NCBI GenBank assembly: GCA_963766355.1 | Contig: CAVXZV010000006.1 | Coordinates: 7,096-71,095, forward strand | Direction of reading: 5' to 3' | Origin: an uncultured Alphaproteobacteria bacterium | GTDB taxonomy: Bacteria; Pseudomonadota; Alphaproteobacteria; Micropepsales; Micropepsaceae | Length of the DNA: 64,000 nucleotides | Shown: piece by piece, positions 21,581 to 29,865 of the stretch | How positions within the stretch are numbered: the first letter of the stretch is position 1 | Layout: every line of letters starts with the position of its first letter | Notes under the pieces: model-generated | The model's database searches: none | What the model saw: the letters and a program-made list of their open reading frames with translations, nothing else | Told to the model about the DNA's origin: nothing | Translations under genes and position numbers: made by a program

Positions 21581-23366
21581 TGCGATTTCGCTTTTTATAG
21601 GACTGCTGGCGCCGCTTGCGTGGGCGCAAACGCCGGCACCAAGCGGCGATACTCCGCCCGTCTTGACGGACAGGGACATGCCACCGGTCGCCGACGCGCC
21701 GGACGATCCGGCGCCAGCTCAGCCGCAAGCGGCGCCCATAGCAGCGACTCCGCCGCCCATCGACAAGGCAGTGGTGGTGGATTCACTCGGTGCGAGCGAA
21801 GGCCCGGCCCTTGGTCTGCTCGATTTCGACCAATGGAGGCTTGGGCGAAGGAATTTGGAGCGGAACCAGCCGCTCCGATGCCGAAGAATTGCTGACGCAT
21901 ATTCCGCTGGCCTCCGCCGATCCGGTGCTGCGTTCGTTGGCAAAGCGTTTGGTGCTCACCAAAGCGGATGCGCCGATTGGACCGTCCAAACGCGCCTTCA
22001 CGACGCTGCGCATCGAAAAACTTCTCGATGCCGGGCTGGTCGACGAGGCGGGCACGCTGGCGGCGCAAGCCTCGATTCCAAACGATGCGGATTTCGCCCG
22101 TGTGCAAGCGGACGCACTGCTCATCCGCCAATCGTGCAAGCGATGTTTGCACCGACCGGACAGCCACGCGCCTGACCGCGCCAGAACCGTTCTGGCTGCA
22201 ATTGCGGGCCTATTGCGCGGCCGCCGCGGGAGACACGGCGACCGCCGATCTCACGCGCGCCGTGCTGGAGGCGCAAGGCAATGGCGACAAAGCCTATGAC
22301 GCACTCATCGACGATGTGTTGAACCACAAGGCGATATTGCCCGGGCACATCGCTCATCCCGACCGCGATGCATATCTTCCTGTTGCGCCAGGCCGGTCTG
22401 CCGGTTTCCGGCGATGTGGCGGCGGCGATGGGGACGCCCGCAAATCTTCTGGCGATGCGCGATCTGCGCAATTCCCCGCAGATCCGGATCGAAGCGGCAG
22501 ACCGCATCATCCGGACCGGTGCGGCGAGTGTTGCCGAACTAAAGGCGCTGGCAGAGGCGGGGGATATTCCCGCGGATCGCCTTGCCACGGCGCTGAGCGA
22601 TGCGCCGAATTTGCCGTTCTTCGTCGGCCAAGTTCTGCTCAGGCGTGCCGCGCAGCTCGAAACCCGTCCCGACGCCAAAGCGCAACTCGTATTCACTGCG
22701 CTCCTTCTTGGCGAAAAGGCGAAACTGCTGCCGCTCGCCGCCGGATTGCAGAGCGATATCGCCGCATCGATCAAGCCGCTACTGGCGAAACACGACATGG
22801 CGCCTCTGTTCGCCCGCGCGCTGCTATTGGCCGGCGTGCCGGATACTGCGGAGCGCTGGTTGTCCGATAGGGATGCGATGCAGGGCGCAATCGATCTTAT
22901 CGCTCCCAATCCGGCACACGACGTCAGGGCGCAAGCGATAGTTGCCGCCTATGTGGCCGGGCTCACGGCCAATCCGCCCGCGCCCGATGCGGACGGAGCC
23001 TATAAGGCGCTGCTGCTGGGCCTCGCGGACGTGCTCGGAAAACCTTTGCCGCCGGACGCGAAAGCGCAGGTACCAGCCATCGAAGCGCAGCGTTGGAGCG
23101 GCAAGCGTCCCCAGACGATGCAACGCATCGAAGCGGCGTCGGCCAAGCCGGAGCGCAGGGGCGAAGCGCTGTTGTTGATCCTCCGTGCCGTACAGTCTTC
23201 CGGCCTTCGGGACATGGCGCCGGATGTGACGATCGAGCTGGTGCGTCAACTGCGTGAGATGGATTTGCCCAATGCGGCGCATGGTTTGTCGGATGAAGCG
23301 TTGGCGCTTTATGTCCCGCCGCCGCTGCCCCCTCCGCCGGCACCAGCGCCCGCGCCAGCGCCATGA
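21561..23366 (+). pseudogene. Large secreted hypothetical protein upstream of xerD, about three frameshifts
   Basis: Signal peptide and Pro-rich N-terminus, then coherent segments in ORFs 21790, 21968 and 22368; final frame overlaps the xerD start (ATGA). Confidence 0.65.
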
Positions 23367-24315
23367 AGCGTGCGAAGCCGTCCGGCGATGCGCCGCTGAT
23401 CGAAGCCTTCCTCGATATGATGAGTGCCGAGCGCGGCGCCAGCCTAAACACCCTGTCGGCTTATCGCCGCGATTTGCTCGATTTTCATGGACATTTGGTA
23501 GCAAAAGGCGCGGACGCCAAACACGCCACGCGCGACGCATGTGAAATCCTATCTCGCCCGCTTGTCGTCGGCGGGTATCGCAGGCTCGTCTCAGGCGCGC
23601 CGGCTTTCGGCTCTGCGCCAATTCTTCGGCTTTCTCTATTCCGACGATATCCGCAGCGACAATCCAACCACGGCCGTGGATGCGCCCAAGCGCGGAAGGC
23701 CCCTACCCAAAACGCTGTCGCGTGAAGATTTGGATCTGTTGATCGAGGCGGCCACCAAAGGAGCCGCGAAAAGCGAAGAGGGCGTGCGCCTGCTCTGCAT
23801 CTTGGAGATGCTCTATGCATCGGGTTTGCGCATTTCCGAACTGGCGACGCTACCGCTCGCGGCCGTGCGCAACCTGGACGGCGTACTTCTGGTGAAAGGC
23901 AAGGGCAACAAGGAACGCATGGCGCCGCTCAATCCGCGTGCGCGCGAGGCCATTGCGAATTACTTGGCGGTACGCGAAGTCTTCCTGCCGCGCGGCGAAC
24001 GCCGCCGTCATGCCGAGAAATTCCTATTTCCCTCACGCTCCGCGGAATGCCATCTGACGCGCCGGCGTTGCCATCAATTGCTCAAGGAACTGGCGCAGGA
24101 AGCCGGGACTCGATCCCGACAAGTTGTCGCCGCACATCTTGCGCCATGCCTTTGCCACGCATCTGGTGGAAGGCGGCGCGGATTTGCGCAGCGTGCAGAC
24201 CATGCTCGGCCATGCGGACATCGCCACAACGCAGATCTACACGCATGTCGCCAAAGACCGCCTGGCGGCCACTGTCGCCGCCGCGCATCCGCTGTCGCGG
24301 ACAAGGAAATCCTAA
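23363..24315 (+). pseudogene. xerD: Site-specific tyrosine recombinase XerD, two frameshifts
   Basis: AERGASLNTLSAYRRDL / ARRLSALRQFF, LYASGLRISEL, GKGNKER / [41 protein letters not shown]. Probably intact in vivo. Confidence 0.88.
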
Positions 24316-25323
24316 TTATTCCTTTCTGACCAGGTTCTCCGGTTGTCCTTCCAGGAATGCCGCGATGTTGGCCGCCGTCGTCTCGGCGATGCGGTGAACC
24401 GCTTCGCGCGTGTTGAAGGCACTGTGCGGCGTGATGATCACATTGCGCATCCGCAGCAGCACATGGTTGGCGACCAGATTGCGCAGATCGTGTTCCTTGT
24501 TGAAGATCGAATGGATCAGCCCGGCTTCCTCGCGGATCATCGGTTCGTCGGGCAGCACATCGAGGCCTGCCGCCGCGACTTTGCCGCTGTTGAGCGCCTC
24601 GATCAGCCCGCCGGTTTCGATCAATTCGCCGCGCGCCGTGTTGATGATGATCACACCGTCCTTCATCTTGGCGAAGGTTTTGCTATTCAGCAGATGGCGG
24701 GTTTCCGGCGTGGAGGGGACATGCAGCGAGATGATGTCGGATCGCGCCAGCAATTCGTCGAAGGTCGCGTAGTGAAAACCCATGCCGTGCGCGGTGCGTT
24801 CGTCGGGATAGGCGTCGAACGATACCACCTTCATGCCGAACCCTTTGGCGATTTTGATGACGTGGCGTCCGATATGGCCGGTGCCGACGACGCCCAGGGT
24901 CTTTCCCGCGATATCGAACCCTTGCAGACCGAAGGGCGAAAAATCGCCTCGCTGGGCGCGTTCGATCGCTTCCGGCATGCGATGGCTGATCGACAAGAGC
25001 AGAGCAAAAATATGCTCGGCCACGGTGTTCGAGCCATAGGTCGGGACGTTGGCGACAGCGATGCCGCGGGCTTTGCAGGCGGCAAAGCTGACATGCTCAT
25101 AGCCGGTCGATCGCGTGGCGATCAGCTTTAGGCGCGGAAGTTGTTCGATGACTGCAGCGCCGAGATCGGAATAGATGAACGTCGAAACAATCTCCGCATC
25201 GCCATATTCCTTGGCATTTCCCGGGCGGAGCGGTTCCGCCACGAAGACGATCTCATTGGCGGGCAATAGCGGATCGAATACGCCGCGCTCTCGTTCTTCG
25301 GCCTCAAACACAACGATTTTCAT
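24316..25323 (-). CDS. D-2-hydroxyacid dehydrogenase (D-lactate dehydrogenase-like)
   Basis: TRSTGYEH, GVVGTGHIG, INTARG, LDVLPDEP, ITPHSAF. Confidence 0.88.
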   Translation of the reverse strand: MKIVVFEAEERERGVFDPLLPANEIVFVAEPLRPGNAKEYGDAEIVSTFIYSDLGAAVIEQLPRLKLIATRSTGYEHVSFAACKARGIAVANVPTYGSNTVAEHIFALLLSISHRMPEAIERAQRGDFSPFGLQGFDIAGKTLGVVGTGHIGRHVIKIAKGFGMKVVSFDAYPDERTAHGMGFHYATFDELLARSDIISLHVPSTPETRHLLNSKTFAKMKDGVIIINTARGELIETGGLIEALNSGKVAAAGLDVLPDEPMIREEAGLIHSIFNKEHDLRNLVANHVLLRMRNVIITPHSAFNTREAVHRIAETTAANIAAFLEGQPENLVRKE

Positions 25324-25478
25324 CTTTTTCACCTCTATACAGCTGTACTTACCTTGACCCGACGGTAGCCGCAACGGACGACTGGTCTGCGGTAAGAAGT
25401 ATATTGCATACCACTTTACTGCGGAACGTGACCAAGCGTCAGCGACGGGTTGACGCATGAACGCCACCGCGCCACCGT

Positions 25479-25514
25479 CTAGTGGAGTGGATTTGACATT
25501 CGCTACCCTGCTAG
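25479..25514. repeat. CTAG-bounded short repeat, copy 1
   Basis: CTAGTGGAGTGGATTTGACATTCGCTACCCTGCTAG; near-identical to 26517-26549. Confidence 0.6.
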
Positions 25515-25536
25515 TGTCGCTTTTGGAGAACCGCCG

Positions 25537-26520
25537 GTGAGCTTCACGACCGTTGCGCGCAACGCGCCATTGCGGGCTTATCGCTCCAAACTGTTCGCGC
25601 CGGGCTCGCGTCCCGAATTGTTCGCCAAGGCCGCCGCCGGCGCCGCGGACGTGGTGTGCCTCGATCTCGAAGATGCCGTCGCGCCTACCGACAAGGACAA
25701 AGCGCGCGAGAATATCGTGGCCGCCCTCAACGACATCGATTTCGGCAATCAAACCGTCACCGTGCGCATCAATGGACTAGACACGTCTTGGTGTTATCGC
25801 GATGTCATTGCGCTGGTGGAGCGGGGCGGCGAGCGGCTCGATGCCATCCTGATACCCAAGGTCGGTTGCGCCGCGGATGTCTATGCCATCGACATGTTGG
25901 TGACTCAGGCCTCGCAGGCCGTCGGCCGCAAGAAGCGCATCGGGCTGGAAGCACTGATCGAGACTTCGCTCGGTTTGCAAAATGTCGACGAGATTGCGGG
26001 CTCCTCGCCGCGGCTTGAAAGCCTGCATTTCGGCTCCGCCGATTTTGCCGCTTCGCAGCGCATACGCACCACCAATATCGGCGGCGGAAATTCCGGTTAC
26101 GTCATGCTCACCGACGCTCCGCGCGAGAAGCACTGGAACGATTTGTGGCACTATCCGCTTTTCCGCATGATCACGGCGGCGCGCGCGCACGGGCTGATAC
26201 CGATCGACGGACCGTTCGGGGATTTCTCGGATGCGGAGGGCTTTCGCGCCCAAGCCACGCGCACCGCCATTCTCGGCTGCGAAGGCAAATGGGCAATCCA
26301 TCCCAATCAGGTGGCGCTGGCCAACGACGTTTTCACGCCGCCGCAAAAGGAAGTGGAACGTGCCGCAGCGATTCTTGCGGCCATGAAAGAGGCGCAGAGC
26401 AAAGGCATGGGCGCGGTTTCGCTGAACGGTGTCTTGATCGACGCGGCCTCCGTCCGCCAAGCCGAAGCTATTATGGGTCAGATAAAACGGATTGCAGAAA
26501 AAGGCCCCAGCGCTCGCTAA
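25537..26520 (+). CDS. mcl: Malyl-CoA lyase-type CoA ester lyase (HpcH/CitE family)
   Basis: LDLEDAVAP, VRINGLDT, LIETSLG, IDGPFGDFSDAEGF, EGKWAIHPNQ closely follow alphaproteobacterial Mcl. Confidence 0.8.
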   Translation: MSFTTVARNAPLRAYRSKLFAPGSRPELFAKAAAGAADVVCLDLEDAVAPTDKDKARENIVAALNDIDFGNQTVTVRINGLDTSWCYRDVIALVERGGERLDAILIPKVGCAADVYAIDMLVTQASQAVGRKKRIGLEALIETSLGLQNVDEIAGSSPRLESLHFGSADFAASQRIRTTNIGGGNSGYVMLTDAPREKHWNDLWHYPLFRMITAARAHGLIPIDGPFGDFSDAEGFRAQATRTAILGCEGKWAIHPNQVALANDVFTPPQKEVERAAAILAAMKEAQSKGMGAVSLNGVLIDAASVRQAEAIMGQIKRIAEKGPSAR

Positions 26521-26575
26521 TGGAGTGATTTGACATTCGCTACGCTGCTTGGCGCGAACACCGAAAGCGAATGTT
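26517..26575. repeat. CTAG-type short repeat, copy 2, with internal inverted repeat
   Basis: CTAATGGAGTGATTTGACATTCGCT...AGCGAATGT (9-bp stem). Confidence 0.6.
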
Positions 26576-26733
26576 GGAAGCGGATAGCCGCGGGAATTTT
26601 CACGGCCCACGCCGGTACACCGCCTTCCCATTCGGGACAAGCTCGGCTATAACTCAGACAAAATTAGAATGAATTGCGTTTGGGCGTTCGCGCAGCCTTT
26701 GCGGCCCCGGACCGGCTCGTTACGGGGAGTGTT

Positions 26734-28284
26734 ATGGCCGAACTGACGAAACGCGATATCCTTACCGCGCCGCTGTTGGCGGCGTTCGCGGCGCCACTGA
26801 TTGGTGAACCTGCACGGGCCAATCCCAAATCTGCAAAAGGCCCGGCAATCGCACGCGGGCGATTTGCACCGACGCCGGCCTCGCTCAAGACCTATCAAAC
26901 TCCGGAATGGTTTCGCGATGCCAAGTTCGGCATATGGGCGCATTGGGGGCCGCAGGCGGTGCCACGGGCCGGCGATTGGTATGCCCGCAACATGTATATC
27001 TGGGGCCATCCCCAATACGAGCATCACGTGAAAAACTACGGTCACCCGTCCAAGACCGGCTACAAAGATATCATCCCGCTCTGGAAAGCCGAGAAGTTCG
27101 ATCCGGACGCGCTGATGGCGCGCTATGTCAAAGCCGGGGCGAAATACTTCGTCAGCATGGGCGTTCACCACGACAATTTCGATCTGTGGAATTCGAAACA
27201 TCATCGCTGGAATGCCGTGGCCATGGGTCCCAAGCGCGACATCGTCGGCAGCTTCCGGCGCGCGGCACGAAACCAAGGATTGCGCTTTGGCGTTTCCGAA
27301 CATCTGGGGCCGAGCTATGCGTGGTTCTGCACCAGTCATCTCTACGACCAAGTCTGGCCGATGGGTGGCATCGCCTTTGACGGCGCCGATCCCGAATTCG
27401 CCGATCTCTATCACCCCGCGCATAACGAGCCATTCCGTTGGGGCGCATCTTGGTATGCGAAAAACCCAAATTGGCACAAAAAGTGGTTCTATCGGATCAA
27501 GGATCTGGTCGATCAACATCAACCGGATTTGCTTTACACCGACGGGGGCATTCCCTTTGGTATTGTCGGCCGCAGTCTGCTGGCGCATTTCTACAACAGC
27601 AACATAGCCGTGCATGGCGGCAAACTCGAAGCCGTATACACCTCCAAGAATCTGGGTACCGGCGAGTTCTACAAAGAAGCCGGCGTGGCCGATGTCGAAC
27701 GCGGCGTGATGGAGGGCATCGAGCCTTTACCGTGGCAGACCGACACCTCGATCGGCGATTGGTTTTACAGCGAAGGGTACAAATACAAAACCGCGACGGA
27801 AACCGTGCATCTGTTGTGCGACATCGTCAGCAAGAACGGCAACATGCTGCTCAATGTCGTGCTCTACCCGGAAGGCGATCTGCCGCCGGAATCGCAGCAA
27901 TTCTTAGACCAGATGGCAGCGTGGATGGCGGTGAACGGCGAAGCCATTCATGGCACGCGGCCCTGGCACAGCTATGGCGAGGGACCGACAGTGGCTGCGG
28001 CAGGCGCCTTTAAGGAAACGGCCAATTACACCGCTCAGGATATTCGCTTCACGACCAAGCCGGGCGTGCTGTATGCGATTACGCTCGGCACGCCAACAGG
28101 GCAGGTGCGTATCGCCTCGCTCGGCACGAAGCAGCCGGGCCCGGTGATCGCTGCGGTACAGGTTCTGGGGCAGGACGCGTCGCCGCAATGGCGCCAACAG
28201 GCCGACGAGCTATTGATCGATGTGCCGGATCGTTTGCCGACTGCGCACGCCACCGCATTCAAGATTACATTCAATCGAGGATAA
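26734..28284 (+). CDS. Alpha-L-fucosidase (GH29), copy 1
   Basis: PEWFRDAKFGIWAHWG, GAKYFVSMGVHHDNFDLWNS, IVSKNGNMLLNV, VNGEAIHGTRPW. Confidence 0.88.
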   Translation: MAELTKRDILTAPLLAAFAAPLIGEPARANPKSAKGPAIARGRFAPTPASLKTYQTPEWFRDAKFGIWAHWGPQAVPRAGDWYARNMYIWGHPQYEHHVKNYGHPSKTGYKDIIPLWKAEKFDPDALMARYVKAGAKYFVSMGVHHDNFDLWNSKHHRWNAVAMGPKRDIVGSFRRAARNQGLRFGVSEHLGPSYAWFCTSHLYDQVWPMGGIAFDGADPEFADLYHPAHNEPFRWGASWYAKNPNWHKKWFYRIKDLVDQHQPDLLYTDGGIPFGIVGRSLLAHFYNSNIAVHGGKLEAVYTSKNLGTGEFYKEAGVADVERGVMEGIEPLPWQTDTSIGDWFYSEGYKYKTATETVHLLCDIVSKNGNMLLNVVLYPEGDLPPESQQFLDQMAAWMAVNGEAIHGTRPWHSYGEGPTVAAAGAFKETANYTAQDIRFTTKPGVLYAITLGTPTGQVRIASLGTKQPGPVIAAVQVLGQDASPQWRQQADELLIDVPDRLPTAHATAFKITFNRG

Positions 28285-28285
28285 C

Positions 28286-29839
28286 ATGGCCGAACTGACA
28301 AAACGCGAAATTCTCGGTGCGCCAATACTCGCCGCGCTTGCGGCCCCTTTGCTCGCCGAATCGGCACAAGCCGCTTCCAAGACGACCGCCGTTCCACCTA
28401 TCGCCAGAGGGCCGTTCGCGCCGACCCCGGCCTCGCTTAAGACCTACCAAACGCCGGAATGGTTTCGCGATGCCAAATTCGGCATTTGGGCCTGTTGGGG
28501 GCCGCAGGCTGTGCCGCGCGCCGGCGATTGGTACGCACGCAACATGTATATTTGGGGTCATCCGCAATACGAGCATCATGTGAAGCACTACGGTCATCCA
28601 TCCAAGACGGGCTACAAGGACATTATCCCGCTGTGGAAGGCCGAGCGCTTCGATCCGGAAGCATTGATGGCGCTCTATGCCAAAGCCGGGGCGAAGTACT
28701 TCGTTAGCATGGGCGTTCATCATGACAATTTCGATTTGTGGAATTCCAAGCACCATCGCTGGAATGCCGTGGAGATGGGCCCCAAGCGCGACATCGTCGG
28801 TAGCTTCGGGCGCGCCGCAAGAAATCAGGGACTGCGCTTCGGCGTTTCCGAACATCTGGGGCCCAGCTATTCCTGGTTCTGTACCAGCCACGAATACGAT
28901 CGGGTCTGGCCGATGGGCGGCGTGGCTTACGACGGCGCCGATCCGAAATATGCCGACCTCTATCATCCGGCACATAACGAGCCGTTCCGCTGGCACCGTT
29001 CTTGGTATGCAAAAAATCCGCAATGGCATAAGCAGTGGTTCGCGCGGATCAAAGACTTGGTCGATCAGCATCGGCCGGATTTGCTCTATACGGATGGCGG
29101 CCTCCCATTTGAGGCCGTGGGCCGCAGTTTGCTGGCGCATTTCTACAACAGCAACATGGCCGCGCATGGCGGCAAGCTCGAAGCCGTCTACAACATGAAG
29201 GACCTGGGCACTGGTGAGTTCTATAAGGAAGGCTGTGTGGAAGACGTCGAACGTGGCGTGATGCCCGGTATTCAGTCCTTGCCCTGGCAGACCGACACCT
29301 CGGTCGGCGATTGGTATTACAGCGACGGCTTCCAATACAAGACCACGTCGGAAGTCGTCTATATGCTGAGCGACATTGTCAGCAAGAACGGCAATTTGCT
29401 GCTCAATGTCGTGCTCTACCCGGAAGGCGATCTGCCGCCGGAATCGCAGCAATTCTTGGACGAGATGGCAGCGTGGATGGCGGTGAACGGCGAAGCCATT
29501 CATGGCACGCGGCCCTGGCACAGCTATGGCGAGGGACCGACCGTGGCTGCGGCAGGCGCCTTTAAGGAAACGGCCAATTACACCGCTCAGGATATTCGCT
29601 TCACGACCAAGCCGGGCGTGCTGTATGCGATTACGCTCGGCACGCCAACAGGGCAGGTGCGTATCGCTTCTCTCGGGACATCGTCGCCGCAGGCGAACCC
29701 GGCAATCAAGTCGGTGCAAATCCTCGGGCAAGACGCTCCCTTGCGGTGGCGCCAACAATCCGATGCGTTAGTGGTCGATGTGCCGGCGCAGTTGCCGACG
29801 GCCCATGCCAGCGCGTTCAAGATCGCGTTGACCATTTAG
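28286..29839 (+). CDS. Alpha-L-fucosidase (GH29), copy 2
   Basis: Tandem paralogue with the same motifs. Confidence 0.88.
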   Translation: MAELTKREILGAPILAALAAPLLAESAQAASKTTAVPPIARGPFAPTPASLKTYQTPEWFRDAKFGIWACWGPQAVPRAGDWYARNMYIWGHPQYEHHVKHYGHPSKTGYKDIIPLWKAERFDPEALMALYAKAGAKYFVSMGVHHDNFDLWNSKHHRWNAVEMGPKRDIVGSFGRAARNQGLRFGVSEHLGPSYSWFCTSHEYDRVWPMGGVAYDGADPKYADLYHPAHNEPFRWHRSWYAKNPQWHKQWFARIKDLVDQHRPDLLYTDGGLPFEAVGRSLLAHFYNSNMAAHGGKLEAVYNMKDLGTGEFYKEGCVEDVERGVMPGIQSLPWQTDTSVGDWYYSDGFQYKTTSEVVYMLSDIVSKNGNLLLNVVLYPEGDLPPESQQFLDEMAAWMAVNGEAIHGTRPWHSYGEGPTVAAAGAFKETANYTAQDIRFTTKPGVLYAITLGTPTGQVRIASLGTSSPQANPAIKSVQILGQDAPLRWRQQSDALVVDVPAQLPTAHASAFKIALTI

Positions 29840-29865
29840 TTCGCTGTTATCGAGGACGTTCGGAT

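Noticed and set aside
23363-24315. Programmed frameshifting in xerD
   Set aside because: Two shifts with no slippery-site pattern, within a cluster of other indels.
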